A stretch of DNA of 64,000 bases from the human T2T-CHM13v2.0 reference genome, Homo sapiens: contig CP068257.2 of NCBI GenBank assembly GCA_009914755.4, positions 31,008,001 through 31,072,000 of the forward strand. Reading direction: 5' to 3'. The position numbers and the translations under genes were made by a program. Numbering within the stretch: position 1 is the first letter of the stretch; every line of letters begins with the position of its first letter. Below, piece after piece: positions 1 through 16,900 of the stretch. The notes beneath the pieces are model-generated. The model had not been told where the DNA came from, did no database searches, and was given only the letters and a program-made list of their open reading frames with translations.

Positions 1-2127
1 AGTTTAAAAAAATAAACAAGAAACCATGTACTTATATTCCAAGTGTCTATTTCACGGTCCAGTTTTAAGGGTGAATAGCTACATTCAAGTGTTTTTACCT
101 ATATTATCTTTCCTTGTTGTTCCAGGGCTTTTGGGTGCTTTGAAGCAAGAAGGGAAAAAAAAATTAGTTGTAAGTTAACAATTAAGCAATATTGCATAAC
201 ATCAGCTTGCTGTTCTGCTTCATTACCAGCAGAAATGGGGGCATGAGATGGTAACAAAACAAAGCACTTTGCTTTGTATAATGATGAAGGGTATTATCAG
301 TCCTGAATGAAATACTCCAAAAGAGAGAAAAATTACAATATTTAGATAGACCTTTATGGGAGACAAGTGGTGACTTTAGTTTGATATCTCACTCATGGGA
401 CCACTTTTAGGGTGGCATTCCCCATAGAACTCTCTCTTGTGAACCCTGAAAACATACAGTCAGCTGTGTGAATGGTCACAAGATGCGGCACTGCTGCCCC
501 TTAGAGTCTGGCAGACAAGTGGCTTCTGAGCAACAGACAGGACTGCATTTGTCAAATTACACAAGAGGCTCCTAGTAGCAATACTTTAGGGCTTCACGCT
601 GTAGATGTCACTGTGGATAAGGTTATCTTATGATGAGATCTTTCGGATTTCTATAACAAAATCCCATCATTAAGACAGAAGACAGGCATATGTTATTACC
701 AAATATCTGCCTTATGGAAGACAGTGTTAAAAATATGTTCAAACTCATTAGAAAGGTAGCTGAAGGATAAAATGAAATAAATTACTCTTGGAGCCAAAAG
801 GAGTAGGAGTGACTATCAAGGGCAGCATCTTAAATAAACTCTCCTTTTTGTAAAGAAATTCAAGTACAATTGTTATAAGAAATACATCAGCCTTTTAATA
901 ACTAAAATCATAACAAATGGCCTCTAGTCTTAAAGGTCTTTTAAACAAATCTGGCTCAGTGCTAATCTATAAAATAGCTATGTTATCTGAAATCAACTAC
1001 AAAATACTATATTCTTGGATCTGAATTAATAGGGTTTAATTATAATCATTAATTTTTAAAACTTCAGATTAGTAAAGTACATTTCTAAATATTTTACTTA
1101 TTCTGAAAAGAATTTTGAAGACATTCTTAAACAGTAATTTCACAACCTGGGCATATATAAACTATATATGAAACAGAGTACAAACAACATTAAGGATCTC
1201 AGGGAAATTAAATGGATATCCATTAGAAACTATAGGTGACATAGAATGAAGAGAGGAAAAAATACAAGGTATACATAAGGAGGGGAAAGAGAAGTTTACA
1301 GCTGGACCAAGAAAAGATTTAGTATGCCTGCAAACACTGCGGGGTGGGGAGGTGGGGCGCTGACACTGAGAAATAAAATGAGAGAACCACTTCTATAATG
1401 CAAGAGTCTTGTTACCTTCCATCTCTCTCCTAGCTACCCCAGGACTGGGAGGGGCTCCAATACCTTTTTAGAGAAAGAACAGAAACTATATATTGTTCAG
1501 GGCCCACAGCACAGAATGAAAGGCAGGCACACAAGACAATTTCCATAGTAAACTCACTTTTGCAAAAAGGCTCTTTTATTGCTTTAAATTTCTTCAAAGA
1601 TATCAATACAAACCAAAGTGACTTTAGATGCTTGGCCCAAATCTGAATCCTCCCTTTACTCAAACAGAAGAGTAGAAACAGGATGACAGTTTTCTTTTTA
1701 TGTATGCAATTACTACCAGTAGGGAATTTAAAAAATATGTTTAATGAAGACCTTTGCTTTAAAAATCATCTTACTCCTTATATCCAGAGCAAGTAAAAAC
1801 TCTGATATTTGATAGTCAAAAGGAAAGAAATCATAAATTTCTATGAGACTACGTAAGTCTTTTGAAGTTAGTTTTTGATGCATTAATTTTAAAAACTCTA
1901 ATGTACTATAATGACGTAAAGGAATTATTGTTTATAGGATGAAAAAACATGTTGCAAACACTACTTACAAAAGAATTATGAAGGGGAGCAATTTTTAAAA
2001 TTAAGACAGATTTCACTGTAATCCACTGGCTTGCCTAACTTTTGACAGATTCATTTTAAATTTATTTTCTACAGGATGTTTTCCTAATTAAAGCAGAAGA
2101 TAAGCAAAAATTATCATGGAAATTTAA

Positions 2128-2211
2128 ATAAAAGCAGGAGCTTGAAAAGGGAAAAATTAAATGTTTTCTATAAAAGCAGGAGCTTGAAAAGGGAAAAATT
2201 AAATGTTTTCT
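2128..2211. repeat. Perfect 42-bp tandem duplication (ataaaagcaggagcttgaaaagggaaaaattaaatgttttct x2)
   Basis: Direct reading of 2128-2169 and 2170-2211; both copies identical. Confidence 0.9.
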
Positions 2212-3598
2212 GTAGGTCAATGGAGAAATGATCACTTAGCTGTATTCGGCAGAAGCTGTAATGCTGAAATAATTTAGCTATTCTTATCACACGCAGTCAT
2301 TAAGATCTACACACAGGCAAAGTCAGTCTGTAGTAAGACCTGAATTGCTCAGCCATGTCACTAGGCAAGCTACCATAGAAACAGACCAGGCTACACATGC
2401 ACAGTGAGCCTTAGTAACACTGGATTTGTAAAAGTTCTTCTGAGGAATTGTGAAAACTCATCTCATCTTTTCTTGAGATTTAGATTAAATAAACTTGTCA
2501 AATGTATAACTCCAACTGAGCTCTGTGAGTTTTCATGTAAACCAAATAAACTATACTTCAAACAAAAAGTGACCCTTTGTGAATAAAAATTTCCTTATGA
2601 AGAAAGGAAAAGAAAATCATACAGTTCTTTGCTAATCCAAAAGCTTTTCCACTAGAAAATAAATGTATCACTAATCAGATACTTGGGAAATGTTCTGTAT
2701 TTACTGTACCTGAATGACTTTTAAAATTAATATAACTTTTGGGTATTAAATCTTTGTAAATGAATCGACCACATTTATTAAAAAAAAAATTAGGCCTGAT
2801 GAACAATCCCAGCCTACCTGGGAAATGAAAGCCTTTATTAGTTTTATTTGTGGATTAGTTTTAAACTAGAATGTCATTCATTTTGACTTTTATCAAACAA
2901 ATCTAAAATGTCTTTCAGGTGTAAAACATTAATGAACCACGATTCACACATGCTAACAAATGTAAATGGTTACCTCCAAATTCCTTTCTAGTGGGTGCAG
3001 GACTCCTAGCCCCTTATAGTTCATAAGAAAATAGGCAGCAGAAAGGAAATGACATTAAATACAGAAGTGAAATGTCAAAGATTGCTATAGTATCCATGAC
3101 ATCAAGTATCATGCAGGAATTACATATTATCTACGTACTACAAAAACTATTATTCAATGCATATGCTTATAATTGAAGTAACAGCACTATATTTAATTTA
3201 AAAGAACATTAAACAAATACATACAATTGTACATTAATACGTATGCTCTCCAGTTTTATTATACTTTTACAGAAATTAGTACATTTTAATTATTTTATGC
3301 TTATAAATCATCCAGAAATGAGGATTTTGAAAAAAATTAAACCTAATTTTACCTAAGAACAGTTTACATGCCTAACTAGATCAAATTAGCAAAAACAAAA
3401 TAAACCTCTCTGGCTGGCTGGTGAGAAGGCAGCTAAAGGCAGCTGTGAAAACACCTTAGAGGAATCTACTCTGCAAACACTCTACCTTGTCTGTTGCGCC
3501 TACCATGTTCTTTAGAGAAAAGCTAAGAAATAGCAATAATGATAGAAAAAACAGTAAAATCCAGAAGCTAGAGATTGGAAAACATGCAAAACATTTTA

Positions 3599-3829
<231 letters not shown>

Positions 3830-4381
3830 CTAAGTAGCTGTTGACAGAAGGGAACAGTCCTTCATATATATGTGTAATGTTCTATAAAATGTGCACAATG
3901 GTGTAAAGAAAGGGCATGTATTTTCAGTATGAATAACAAAAGCAGTCTACTATTAAACTGCCCTTTGGTACCATGGCAGCAATAATGCTACCTCTGTGCT
4001 GACTTCTTACCTAGGCCTCAGGTGCTGAAAGCTAATTTACTAAGTGGCCCTATTGATATGCACAAAGTATTGTTTGAGTTAAGCCATTTTGTAGTCTGGC
4101 CAGTAGAGAGAAGAAAAAGCTCAAATAGTTAATGGGTTCATACCATAGAAAATCATCAGTTATAAGACATAGACAAACCTAACCACATAGAAAAAAGATT
4201 AAGAACAATTGTCATCTAGTGACAGTTATAGCAAGTTTCCTTTCCATTGAGAGCTTATCATCTACAAGTTTTCCTATTCTGTACCGGAGAAAACAGGGTG
4301 CACTTTATCACCTAGGTATGAAACTTAAACGATGACTCTCCAACATCAAGCACATTGGCCACAGGAAGCCATACAAAACTT

Positions 4382-4645
<264 letters not shown>

Positions 4646-4799
4646 TTAACTTGCTCAGAGATTTTTTTCACCTTAGGTTTTAAAAAGTTAAAATACACAA
4701 AACAAATATGAACATTATGTCATTGCAAACACACATGGATTAAGCATGAAGGCATGTATAAAACCACAATTAGTAGAAATGCTTGTTTCAGAAGATGTA

Positions 4800-7100
4800 A
4801 AGGTATCTATTGTCTCTGAGCAATAAGATGTCAGGTGACCAACCACTTGGAGCTGGGGTGACCCAATGGGCTTTCAATATGCCCCAGAGCAGCTTCTCCA
4901 GTGCAAGCCAACTCAAGTTTCCTGCTCTCCTTCCAAACCTGTCCACTGTGCTCTGTGGAACTGCCCCACTCCCTTGCCTAACCCAGGTCCAGCCTCAGAG
5001 TCAACAAGCTCTCAGGAGCCACACAGTCTTCCCCCAGAAGGCTCCTCCCTGCAACCCTCACCCCACAAAGACCCGCTTTGCTTTAATTAAGTAAACACTG
5101 GTTCTCCCCCAGGGTCTCCTCATCTCCACTTACTTCTGGGTAGGAAAGTGGGCACAAGGTAACCCTTGCAACCTAACTGCCATTCCAGAACATTAGTCTT
5201 CCAACCCTGAACAAAAAGTCCTACTGCTCTGAGGCTATGCCATCAGGAATTTATGTAACATCCTCTACCCCCACTTGCTACAGTCATCTCCAACGTCCAT
5301 TCTTCCATTTCCTGAACCCACTCACTGAGGACTAAGCAGAGAGCAAGACTGTAAGTCAGGTCCCGCACCATCTTTCTGCGTGGCATCAAAGTCCATGTGG
5401 ACAACTCGTTCAATAGCAAAATGCCTTGGTCCTATCCTTATGGACATTCGCCTTCACTCCTAACCCTCACCCCTCAGAACTGCACTCTTCTGAAATAATA
5501 AACTCAAAAGCTTCACTCTGACTTTGGCCTCCCAGCTTTTCAGTTCTCTCCCTTGGCTACTCCTTCTCTTTTGATTTCTTCAGAAGCCAGGGTTTGATCC
5601 CTCTAACTTTTACCTCCATCTGATTCTGCTTTCTTCTGTACCTACCTTCAGATTCTATGGTTCTTCATCTCAAACATTACCCTACTTCACTCTTCTTCCA
5701 TTGCACGTGCTTGACATAACCCCATCCCTGCACTGATTCCCCTGTTTAATCTTTCTGTGATAACACTTGGATTGCTGACTGCCTCTGCTAAAGAAAACCA
5801 CCCAGTCCTGACAACTGCAGTCACATTTGAAATTATGCTTTTCAGTCTCTTCTGGCCTAAAGTGCCTGGCAATTCCATGATTTGCTGGTTTGCTCTTCCC
5901 CTCACCCTTTGCTCTTCAGGAGCTTTACTGCAAAACTCCTTAACCCTCCTGAAACTGTGAGCTGTCCCACTCCTGCAGATCACTTCAACACTTCACAGAG
6001 AAGAGGGAAGTCTTAAGATGGGAACCCCTACTTCAACAGCCTGCCCCCAAGCTGGAGTCTCATTACATGGTTGTCACTTGGGTATCTGAGGATGGAACAA
6101 ATGGGCCCCACCCAGCCTAATTTTCTCAGTGACACTGCTCTACTATTCTGCCTTGCCCTTCCCCCAAACCATCAGCCCTTTCTCCTCTACTTTTCCATTA
6201 GCACTGTGCATTCTCAAGCCTGTCCCATCCAAAACCACCACCCTAGGACCTCCAATCTTCCTAGAGCAATTGCCCTCTTCTCTTTCCCCCCAAACTTTCT
6301 TAAAGAGTTGTCTACAGACACTTTTCTCCACTTCTTCACCTTCCATCCGTATCAATTTACCACTATCTGACTTCATCACTTCTGAGATCACTCTCATGAA
6401 ATGTCAACAACAGCTTCCCTTCCTGTTATTAAATCAGAAGGACACATTTCTGTCCTCATTTCTTCTCATCTTTCTGTGTTACAAGACACCACTGACTACT
6501 CCCCTTCCATGCTCCACTTTCTTTCCTTGATTTTTAAGCCATGAATTTCTCTTGGCTCTTTGACATTTCTAGAAACAATTGCCATTGTTTCTTCTCATTT
6601 TCTTTTCATGGGCAGCCTTCTTCTGTCTATATTTAAACTCTGTGTTTCCACATACTCAATCCCAGGTCTGTATTTCTCCATATTCGATTCATTCTCTTCT
6701 GTCTCGTCATAATCCTATTGGCCAAAGTTATATTAACAAATGCCCATGCTTTGCAGGCTATTAGAGCTGCCTTGACTCCAGAGCTCTTTCCTGAGCACCA
6801 GACTCATGTTTGACTGACTCCATGAACATCTCAAATTCAACATATCCAAAACAAAATTCATCTTCCATCCCACACCTACTTCTCTCTCTGCATTTCTTTT
6901 CTTCATTTACTCCCTCACAAACATCCCTCCATAATCCATTTGGATCCTCTTTATCCCCACTTAGACTGTGCACATGCTTTCTTCTTGGATCACTCCTCTA
7001 TAGCATTAATTCCATTCTCCCTGAGTCTTTGGATTCTCAACTTAAATTTCAATTCCTCTGGGAAAGCTTGCCCAATTTCCCAAATCCAGGTTAAGCAACT
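4800..7100. repeat. Pyrimidine-rich (CT/CCT) low-complexity or old repeat region that produces many short P/S/L-rich ORFs on both strands
   Basis: Overlapping ORFs 4810..5094, 6071..6530, 6810..7188 and others have no splice-consistent frame; the composition resembles old LTR/MaLR-type repeats. Confidence 0.25.
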
Positions 7101-7746
7101 TTCCCATGAGCTACCACAAAACCATTCATTATCACATTTATGTCACTTTATTATAATTGCCTGCTTACTTACACGTAACACCCAATAAGCTATGAGTTCT
7201 GGAAAGGCAAGAACCACAGCTGTCGAATCTCCAGCACCCAGCTGTATCTGGCATAAAGGTACTACATAAATATGTGTGGACTGAGTAAACAAATGAACAG
7301 ATAATGTGAAAATGAGATAACCTTGTAAGACGTTCAACTCTTAAATGTGGTACCTAGCTATACAGGGCATTACAATATTATTATAATCTAAGGTATGCAT
7401 TTTAATGAAAAACTGGCTAGAATAGCATATTGTGTTAGAAAACAAATGCATTTAAAAATTTTTTCTTTTGATAATGTTGCCATCAAACAAATGCATTTTT
7501 AAATCATGTTTAAGGAAATTTTCGGCGTAATTACTTAAATTCATTTCTGTTCTTAGAATACCCTTTTGGAACTTCTACTTTTTTACCTCAACTTTAATTA
7601 TTGGGACTAAACCATACACCAACAATACTAATTTGGGTATTTATCCAATAAGAATATAAATTAACATTTGTAAAGGTCTTAATATTTGAATGGAAGAATG
7701 GTAAATACATTTAAAGTATACGCAAAATAAACACAATATGATGTGA

Positions 7747-8054
<308 letters not shown>

Positions 8055-8160
8055 CAAAATACATTCTAATTAATAGTGCTATGTACGTCCCAAGAAGAAG
8101 AAGAAAGATGAACTTGGAAAATAAGACTTTACAGATTGGAAGAAAACATATCTAGAACTA

Positions 8161-8352
<192 letters not shown>

Positions 8353-10117
8353 CTAGCGGAGTAAAAGAGATATAAAATAAAGATTAACATGAAAGCTAAC
8401 TAATTTGGAATAAAGAGGCTGACTTCGTTAAACTATGCAATGGTATAGACAGTTAATTTAGTTAGACAATTCAGCTAACTAAAGAAATAGTTCTTTCACA
8501 TATACTAAATTTCAAACTAGTTTAAAGGTTGTTCCCAGTTCTCCCTTTAAACACCTGTGGTGATAAATAAAGATCTTTTCTAGGATGCCCAGAGATGCAA
8601 GTTTCCTTTGCTACAACCACTATGTTTTCCTGGCCAGATGTAAATTCACCAACAACTCTGCTACATAACTTTATACTTTCTTAATTTTGATTCACAGATT
8701 AAGTAATTGTTCCCACGTGAAACAACTACAAAAGAGACAGCAGAAAATCTTTAAAATGCATTTCCTGTTCCTGTTCATTTGGTCTTTCCTAACTTGGCAT
8801 ATGGTCCTAAGAGCTGCTATATTGTCAGCTGCTAAGTGCTAACCTATACAGTTTTAGCATTTCAAATGTCAGAAGAATATTAAGAGAACTGAACACCATT
8901 TTAAATCTTCAACAAAAATTAATCATTCTAAAAACAGAATGACTTCTACCTGTGAAACTGGCACTCTGCCTTCTCTATAAATTTGGGTGACTTTTAGACT
9001 AAAGTATAATCTAAGACAACCAAGACATTATAATCAAATTATAGCAGATCGTGTCAATGTATTTAAAAAATACTCTCAAAAAAACTTGCTGATAACAGCA
9101 AGACTCTTTGGTCAAGGAGAAAATGTGCACTAGAAAGGAGTTCTCATTTAAAACCCATATTCTTATAACAAACTTGCTTTCTAAATTTAATCTCTCTCCC
9201 ACATAGTTTCAATTTCCTTTGTTTGAAGAGTTTCTTAATGTGAACAAGATGTGAATATTTTTGGTATTTGCAAATGAACTGTGTAGCTGTGATCAATATG
9301 CTGTGCTGACAGTTGGCACCTTTGTGGGTACAGATCTTCCTTGGCTCAAAGTGTTACTGATATTAGAATTCCTTGAAGGCATAATAATGGAGAGGTTGAA
9401 AGTTGCTGAACTGAGTGGCACAGCTGTGTTTATTAGTAATTTAGCATCCACACTGAGCTTTAAAGTCAGAATCCTAAGAATTCATAATCCTTTACTTGCC
9501 AAGTAGATATGAGTACTAAAATCAATCCAATTTCAGAACTTAACACGCTTTACAAGTCATATATTACTTTTCAAAGTCAACAAAATTCTTTTATATTCAT
9601 CAAAAAATACTAACAAGCATTCTTAAATACCTATCACCATAATGGCCAATTAAGATGTAATTCCTTAGGACTATCCCCTTGGTAGAGACCAGGGCCAAAT
9701 GAAAAGGAAGAAATTTAGAAGACCAAAAAAATATTCAAAAAGATACATAGAGGTTCACTGGAATATTGGCTTTAATAATTAAGAATAGGAAATAATCTAG
9801 ATGTCTATAGGAGTTTGGTTTAATAAATGTATATATTTATTCACAAAATGAAATTAATGAAGCCATTAAAAATGACATATTTGTTTAAGATGTCCCTGAC
9901 ACAGTCATAAGAGGTAGTAAGAAAATAGCTTTATAACACGGTTTCAATTTGTGTTTGCGTATATGCATATCCCATTTGTGTTAATGTGTTTGTGTGTATA
10001 TAAAATCCCATTTGTATTTACATATGTATATGCTAATATTAAGGTTAAGAGAAATTACTTCAGAATGGTAGCATTATGTGAGTGGTCTTATTTTTAATTC
10101 TTTTCCATGTTTCCTGA

Positions 10118-10609
<492 letters not shown>

Positions 10610-11293
10610 TAGAGTACAATCCATCTTGTGCACTGACTATATACTTAGAAATTTAGGATTTGGGTCTAAAGGAGTTCAGAAAAAAATGACAGATGAAGCA
10701 CTTCAGAGAAGTAAAACTATTCCAGGCCAACAATGTAAGTTTCCGTCATCAATGACTTTTCAAATCACAGGTTAGGAATATCTCCATTTGTTAAAAATTT
10801 CTAAAATACTTCAATGGGATGGATCTGTTATCTCTGGAAATTAATTTAGTTATGTTTGAAGAAGATAACTAGGTAAGCCAAGCCAATGAAACAAATTCCT
10901 AGGAATAATGAGCACCTCTCTCCCTTGTTTTCTGGTACATAATGCATTTTCTTCACTTGATAGAATGTTTTTCTACTATACAGATAAGCCAGACTACCCC
11001 CAATTAAAACTTTAAAACTTTTTGCATCATAAAATGTAATAAATCAAATTAGGTGCTAAACATGTTTCCTTCTTAGTCTATATCAACAGTTAATATCTCT
11101 GGGGAGGGGCCAAAATAAGCCTAGGCTAGTCAGAAATCCAGTCTAAATAAAAAACATTAAATAACTCCTCGAACATACCATAAGGTCTTTTCCCCTCCCA
11201 TTTAGATAATCTTGCTGCATGTCTATAAAAATATCATACCATCTTCAGACATTTAATTTCAGAATGGTTTAGAATCAACAAATGCTACCTTAC

Positions 11294-11372
11294 CTCTTTA
11301 CCATTTAGGCTCAGAACATTCAAGGCAGAGCTTCCCTCCAAAAATGTAACCCACATTTTATCTTCTACAAAT
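11294..11372 (-). CDS. SYNJ1: SYNJ1 coding exon (FVEDKMWVTFLEGSSALNVLSLNGKE)
   Basis: Not in ORF track; minus-strand reading; acceptor tcttaaag|ATTTGTAG, donor AAAGAG|gtaagg; 79 nt. Confidence 0.85.
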
Positions 11373-12173
11373 CTTTAAGAAAAACAATAAAAAACCATAA
11401 TTAATACCATAGACATAACAAGCTCAGTGACTACTCCCATGATTATTGATCATTAACAAGGGCCACAAGAGGCCAGGAAGTAAAAAGTAAAGGAGGGAGC
11501 GCAGGTAGGGCTGGTGGTGACCTGGAGAGGGCACTCTTCCCCTAAAAACACTCTAACTCCAATTTCAAATACTATGTTAATGGAACAGCCACAAGAAATG
11601 AGTCTGTGCACCTCCATTTGTGATCACTGCTAATCCAGTCCCATCCAATCCTCCATTTCATTGACAAGGCAAAAAGGGACAGAGGTTAAGTGACTTGTTC
11701 AAAGTGACTCTATAAGGAGAATAAGTTACAGGGCTGGGATCCAAGTCTCCGGACCCCACAACCCAGTACTATGTATTTTCACTGTCTCAGTGACTTCCCT
11801 GAAGAAAATTTCCTATGATCAAAAAAGATGAGAGTTGCCAGTGAAAGAAAACAAAACCAGACTGGCCCCAAGAAGCCTTAGATAAGTTATGCTCCTTGTC
11901 TTTCATCATTGACAAACATTTACTCTTTTGGGACTTCAATGGTCTTTGATAGGATTCCAAGTTTTTACTTTTGAAATAAAAAAACTATCAAGAGGAAAAA
12001 AAAAATAAAAAGGACAGAAGAAGTTCTGAAGAGGGTCGCAGGTATGTAATGAAGTTATTATTCAAAAAAGAACAAATTATGATGTTATCAGTCTTATTAC
12101 AGAAAATTTGGCGAGTTAAACCACAAGTTCAGAAATCTTTACAGATTTTTCCACAATGAGAGGAAAACATGTA

Positions 12174-12198
12174 CACACAAACACACACACACACACAG
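12174..12198. repeat. (CA)n microsatellite
   Basis: acacacaaacacacacacacacacag. Confidence 0.85.
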
Positions 12199-14149
12199 AG
12201 TATCACTCTCCCCCTAACCCCCTACTTAAACTAGGATTCCAAAGTATGAATTATGAATATTAAGAGGAAAAGGCCAAAACAAAAGTGTGCATAAGTACTT
12301 CACCCTGGTAAAATCAAGGGCCTGGAGGGAACCGATTTCTACAATCCCACAGATATGACCAAGGCAACTGACTCAATTTCTTTGGCATAAAACTAAATTG
12401 CAGGATGCTATCCTTTGAAATACACAGGGAGACCATTCTTACCTAACTACACGAAGGTATCTTTTTCAGATTGTTGGCAATGGAGACTATCCCTCCTCCA
12501 AAGGTTATAATCACCACTGTAAGCATACATTTATGCTGCACCAGTCCCCTAAGACCCCAAACATTATTTGTTCTTTGATAGGTACCAACACTTTTGTGGT
12601 CCTGGGTTAGGGCTAATATCTTTGTCCTTATTCTCAATCAGCAATGTGCCCCTTACACATTTCTAACTTTAACAAGGGATTCTGGTTCTTATATCTATTG
12701 ATTTATGTAAGTTCTTTTGGAAGCTATATTTTCTTCCTGCTTTCACTCACTACAGTAAAAGCTTCTAGACTCTTCCTTCAATTAATGTAAGCATCTATAT
12801 GTATTTAAATTTATCCCATACACATTTCCAGGGAACCTCTTATTTAAAAATAAAGGGGTTCACAGGGTTTACTCACTCCTTAATGGCTGTCTTAATCTAG
12901 ACTAAAAGGTAATAATCAGTTTCTTCTCACTACTTATAGAGATCCTCTCCTTGTTGACTTTCAGTGTTTGCTTTTTCTCTTCCAACTTAGTCATCTTGGG
13001 GTTTAACAACCAATATTCCAGGTTGGAGACACCCCATGGTTTTATAATGTTAGGTTAATGCCTTAGTTTCTTACCAATACTTTTCCTAATGATGACAAAC
13101 ATTTGTGGGAAACCTTCTGGCTTCAATTTAACAAGTTCTTTAGAGGTTGGGTTATAAAGACAGGTCCCTTTCCTGTATCAGAGTCTTTCATCCCTTATAC
13201 AGTTTGGATTCTTTGTAGCTCAGTGCAGTATTTTACATTTGCTCAGGAAGACATTTATCTGCTACTCTGCTGCCCACTCACACAGTCTACATGATGCTTC
13301 TGGTGGTTTGGCATTTCTGTACTTGGCAAAGTATACTGTCATCTGTACACTTGCAGATTTCACTGTGTACTTTCAAGAACCTTAAGATTTTTGAAATGTT
13401 TTGTTTTGTTTAATTTGAAAGCTTTGGGATAGACCTTTGTCAAAAGATTTGAGGAAAGTCTAAACACAATTTCTTCTCCATTTGTTCATTTACTCTCTGA
13501 AAGGACTTGAGGTGTCTTTGATTTTCACTCTGTAGAAGCCATACCATCTTAATTCTGTGGACTACGCCCTTTAGGATCTGGGGGTGTCATTACACACATG
13601 CTGACTTTCCCTACTAGATTACAAGCAGGAGTTGTATCTTCCATTTCTCCTCTGCTCTTCTACAGCAACTAGTATAGAGATCTGCCCACCAAATATCTAT
13701 CAAACATACCTAACTAAGCAAATGAATGGTATTTAAAGGGATTTAATGGTACCTCTTTCCCTATGAAATCCAAACACATGCACACATGCACATCATTCAG
13801 TCTCTCAAAACTGCTGTATAGTTGGAAGAGAACATTTTTAAAACAAGGAAACAGGCATCTGGTTCTGCAAAAGGCAGATGGCTAGATCAATGAGGGAAAC
13901 CAAGACTAGAAGGAATGACTCTTGACTAGTCATCACATCTCTGTTAGAAATTAAACATACTTAAAATTACTCAAATTTCTTTAACTGAGGCAGGGAGGGA
14001 GTCATTCTTATCTCTCCTTAAAAAAAAATAGCAATCACAGCTTCATTTTGTTATAGGGTTTTGTTACATGTTCTATTGTATAGGAATCGTGAGAGTTCAT
14101 ATCTGAACTTGCACCTATTTTTGTTTTCAATTGTTCACATAAAGTTTCA

Positions 14150-14461
<312 letters not shown>

Positions 14462-14691
14462 TCACTATTCATTTAAACTTTCTAAGTTGAGAATTCAGTT
14501 ATAAAAACCTACAGAATAATATCCACAGTATGATCTTGCTTTAGTTTGGAAATAAAAATACTCATATACTAAACACTAAATAAGGTGGTATCTTTCTTTT
14601 TTAAAATTCTCTCCTTCCCCAAATAAGGTGATTTCTATATAGAAATGATTGTTTATGAATCACAAGCTACTTTTGCATAATAAACATCTTA

Positions 14692-14973
<282 letters not shown>

Positions 14974-14986
14974 TCAAACACTATTA

Positions 14987-15304
<318 letters not shown>

Positions 15305-15698
15305 TTATCATTTTATGCTTTATTTAGTAAAAATTAAGATCTGGCTTTATTTCCAAGATTACTTAAAGGACTGGGACTAAATGGTGTTTCATAAACAATT
15401 CAAGAGACAAGTGGCAGTTCAAAACATATGCAAACCACTAAAGTTAGCTTAAAAACCTAAATTAGCTTCAATTAAAAATTTCACAAAAATATTTCCTTGC
15501 TTCTCTTTACATGAAATTATATGAAAATAGGCTGAAAAATTAAATAAGTTATTATAAACAGATCTGATATTTCTAAAAATCTGACATATTTAAATTTTAT
15601 TTATTCTATTCCAGTTAATGTTTCTTGAAAAACAATATTCTCCTCATTTGATATTATGTCATTCCCTGCTTCCTCATAAGTTTACATTAGTTCATTTA

Positions 15699-15878
<180 letters not shown>

Positions 15879-16079
15879 CTAAAATAAACATATACAAAGT
15901 AAGTTATTCCCAAACAGCAACAAGTTCTGTTTTCATTCAGACAGTCATCCATTAAATGTCTATTACATGCTGGATGCTCTCAGAAGAAATCTGTATGCGT
16001 CTGATGAACACTTCTAGCTGAATGGAACAAAGCTTAGAAAAATAACCTGAGACATAGCATTTTTCATACCCATAGGGAC

Positions 16080-16900
16080 AGGAGACAGGGAAATTCTGGG
16101 CAGAAGTGGGTGGGTCCCTTTGCTGGGTCCCACCCTCAAGCCAAAAAGTCTGTTACCACAGCCCCAAATGAGAACTTATATCCCTGTTTTCTCGCTCGAA
16201 TGTTGCTTTTTCCAAAACCACCCATGGCCTGCCTTGCCCCCAATCCTGTGCCCATAAAAACCCCAGGCTCAGCTGGCAGAGAGAGGAGAGGCAGCTGGAT
16301 GTCAGAGAGAAGCAGCTTGACTTCAAAGGGACAGCTTGGCAGCACAGTTTTGGAGAGGAGTCTGGCCATGGGATGGCTGGATTTCAGGGGAAGATTATCT
16401 TATTGCTCTGTCCCCTTTTCAGCTCCCCTTCCTGCCAAGAGCCATTTTCATCAGCAATAAAATACCCCATATTTACCATCTTCAATTCGTTCATGTGACC
16501 TCATTCCTCCTGGACACCAGATAAGAACTCGGGTGCCATGAGTGTGGGAGCATAAGGCTGTCGCACTGACCCCCCACTAAGCTGTTAACACTTAAGCCAT
16601 CTGCAGGCAGCAGAGCTAAAACAGCACTGTAACACTTTCTGTGGGGCTTCAGGGGTTGGAGGCACCCTCCCCTAGACACTGCCACGGGCCTGGTACAAAG
16701 TTCGCTCTTGCCGGTGCCCAAAAGCGCTCACCCCAGCTCCTGCACTCACTTACCAGAACTCCCCCTCCTACAGGGGTGGAGTGCAGTGGGTCAAGTGAGC
16801 AGAGTTCGCCCCGCCAGTGCCCATGCACTCCAGTTCCCACCTGCGAAGCAGTCAGGGAAATATCCTGCTTCAATACCACTTGTTTGACATTTGATTAAAC
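16080..16900 (+). mobile_element. Unclassified GC-rich LTR-like element (TATA-like cccataaaaacc, AATAAA at about 16457) about 500 bp upstream of the HERV-E 5' LTR
   Basis: Composition and signal layout typical of a solo ERV LTR. No host splice-consistent ORF. I cannot assign a family by eye. Confidence 0.3.

Noticed and set aside
2100-2215. Tandem direct repeats (2128-2211 and 41384-41605) considered as a CRISPR-like array
   Set aside because: Only two adjacent identical units with no spacers, in a eukaryotic context. These are simple tandem duplications.
4800-7100. Cluster of 60-130-aa P/S/L-rich ORFs on both strands
   Set aside because: These are products of CT-rich repeat sequence with overlapping, mutually exclusive frames and no splice-site support.
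8550-8665. Coding-looking minus-strand stretch (..VVGEFTSGQENIVVVAKETCISGHPRKDLYLSPQ..) with AG/GT ends, a candidate extra SYNJ1 exon
   Set aside because: The only open frame is phase 1 while both neighbouring SYNJ1 exons require phase 0, so it cannot be inserted without breaking the ORF. Probably a chance ORF.
8880-8935. Minus-strand FVEDLKWCSV... stretch, initially mistaken for the FVEDKMWVTF exon
   Set aside because: All three frames hit stops right after the only nearby AG. The genuine exon (FVEDKMWVTFLEGSS...) is at 11294-11372 with proper splice sites.
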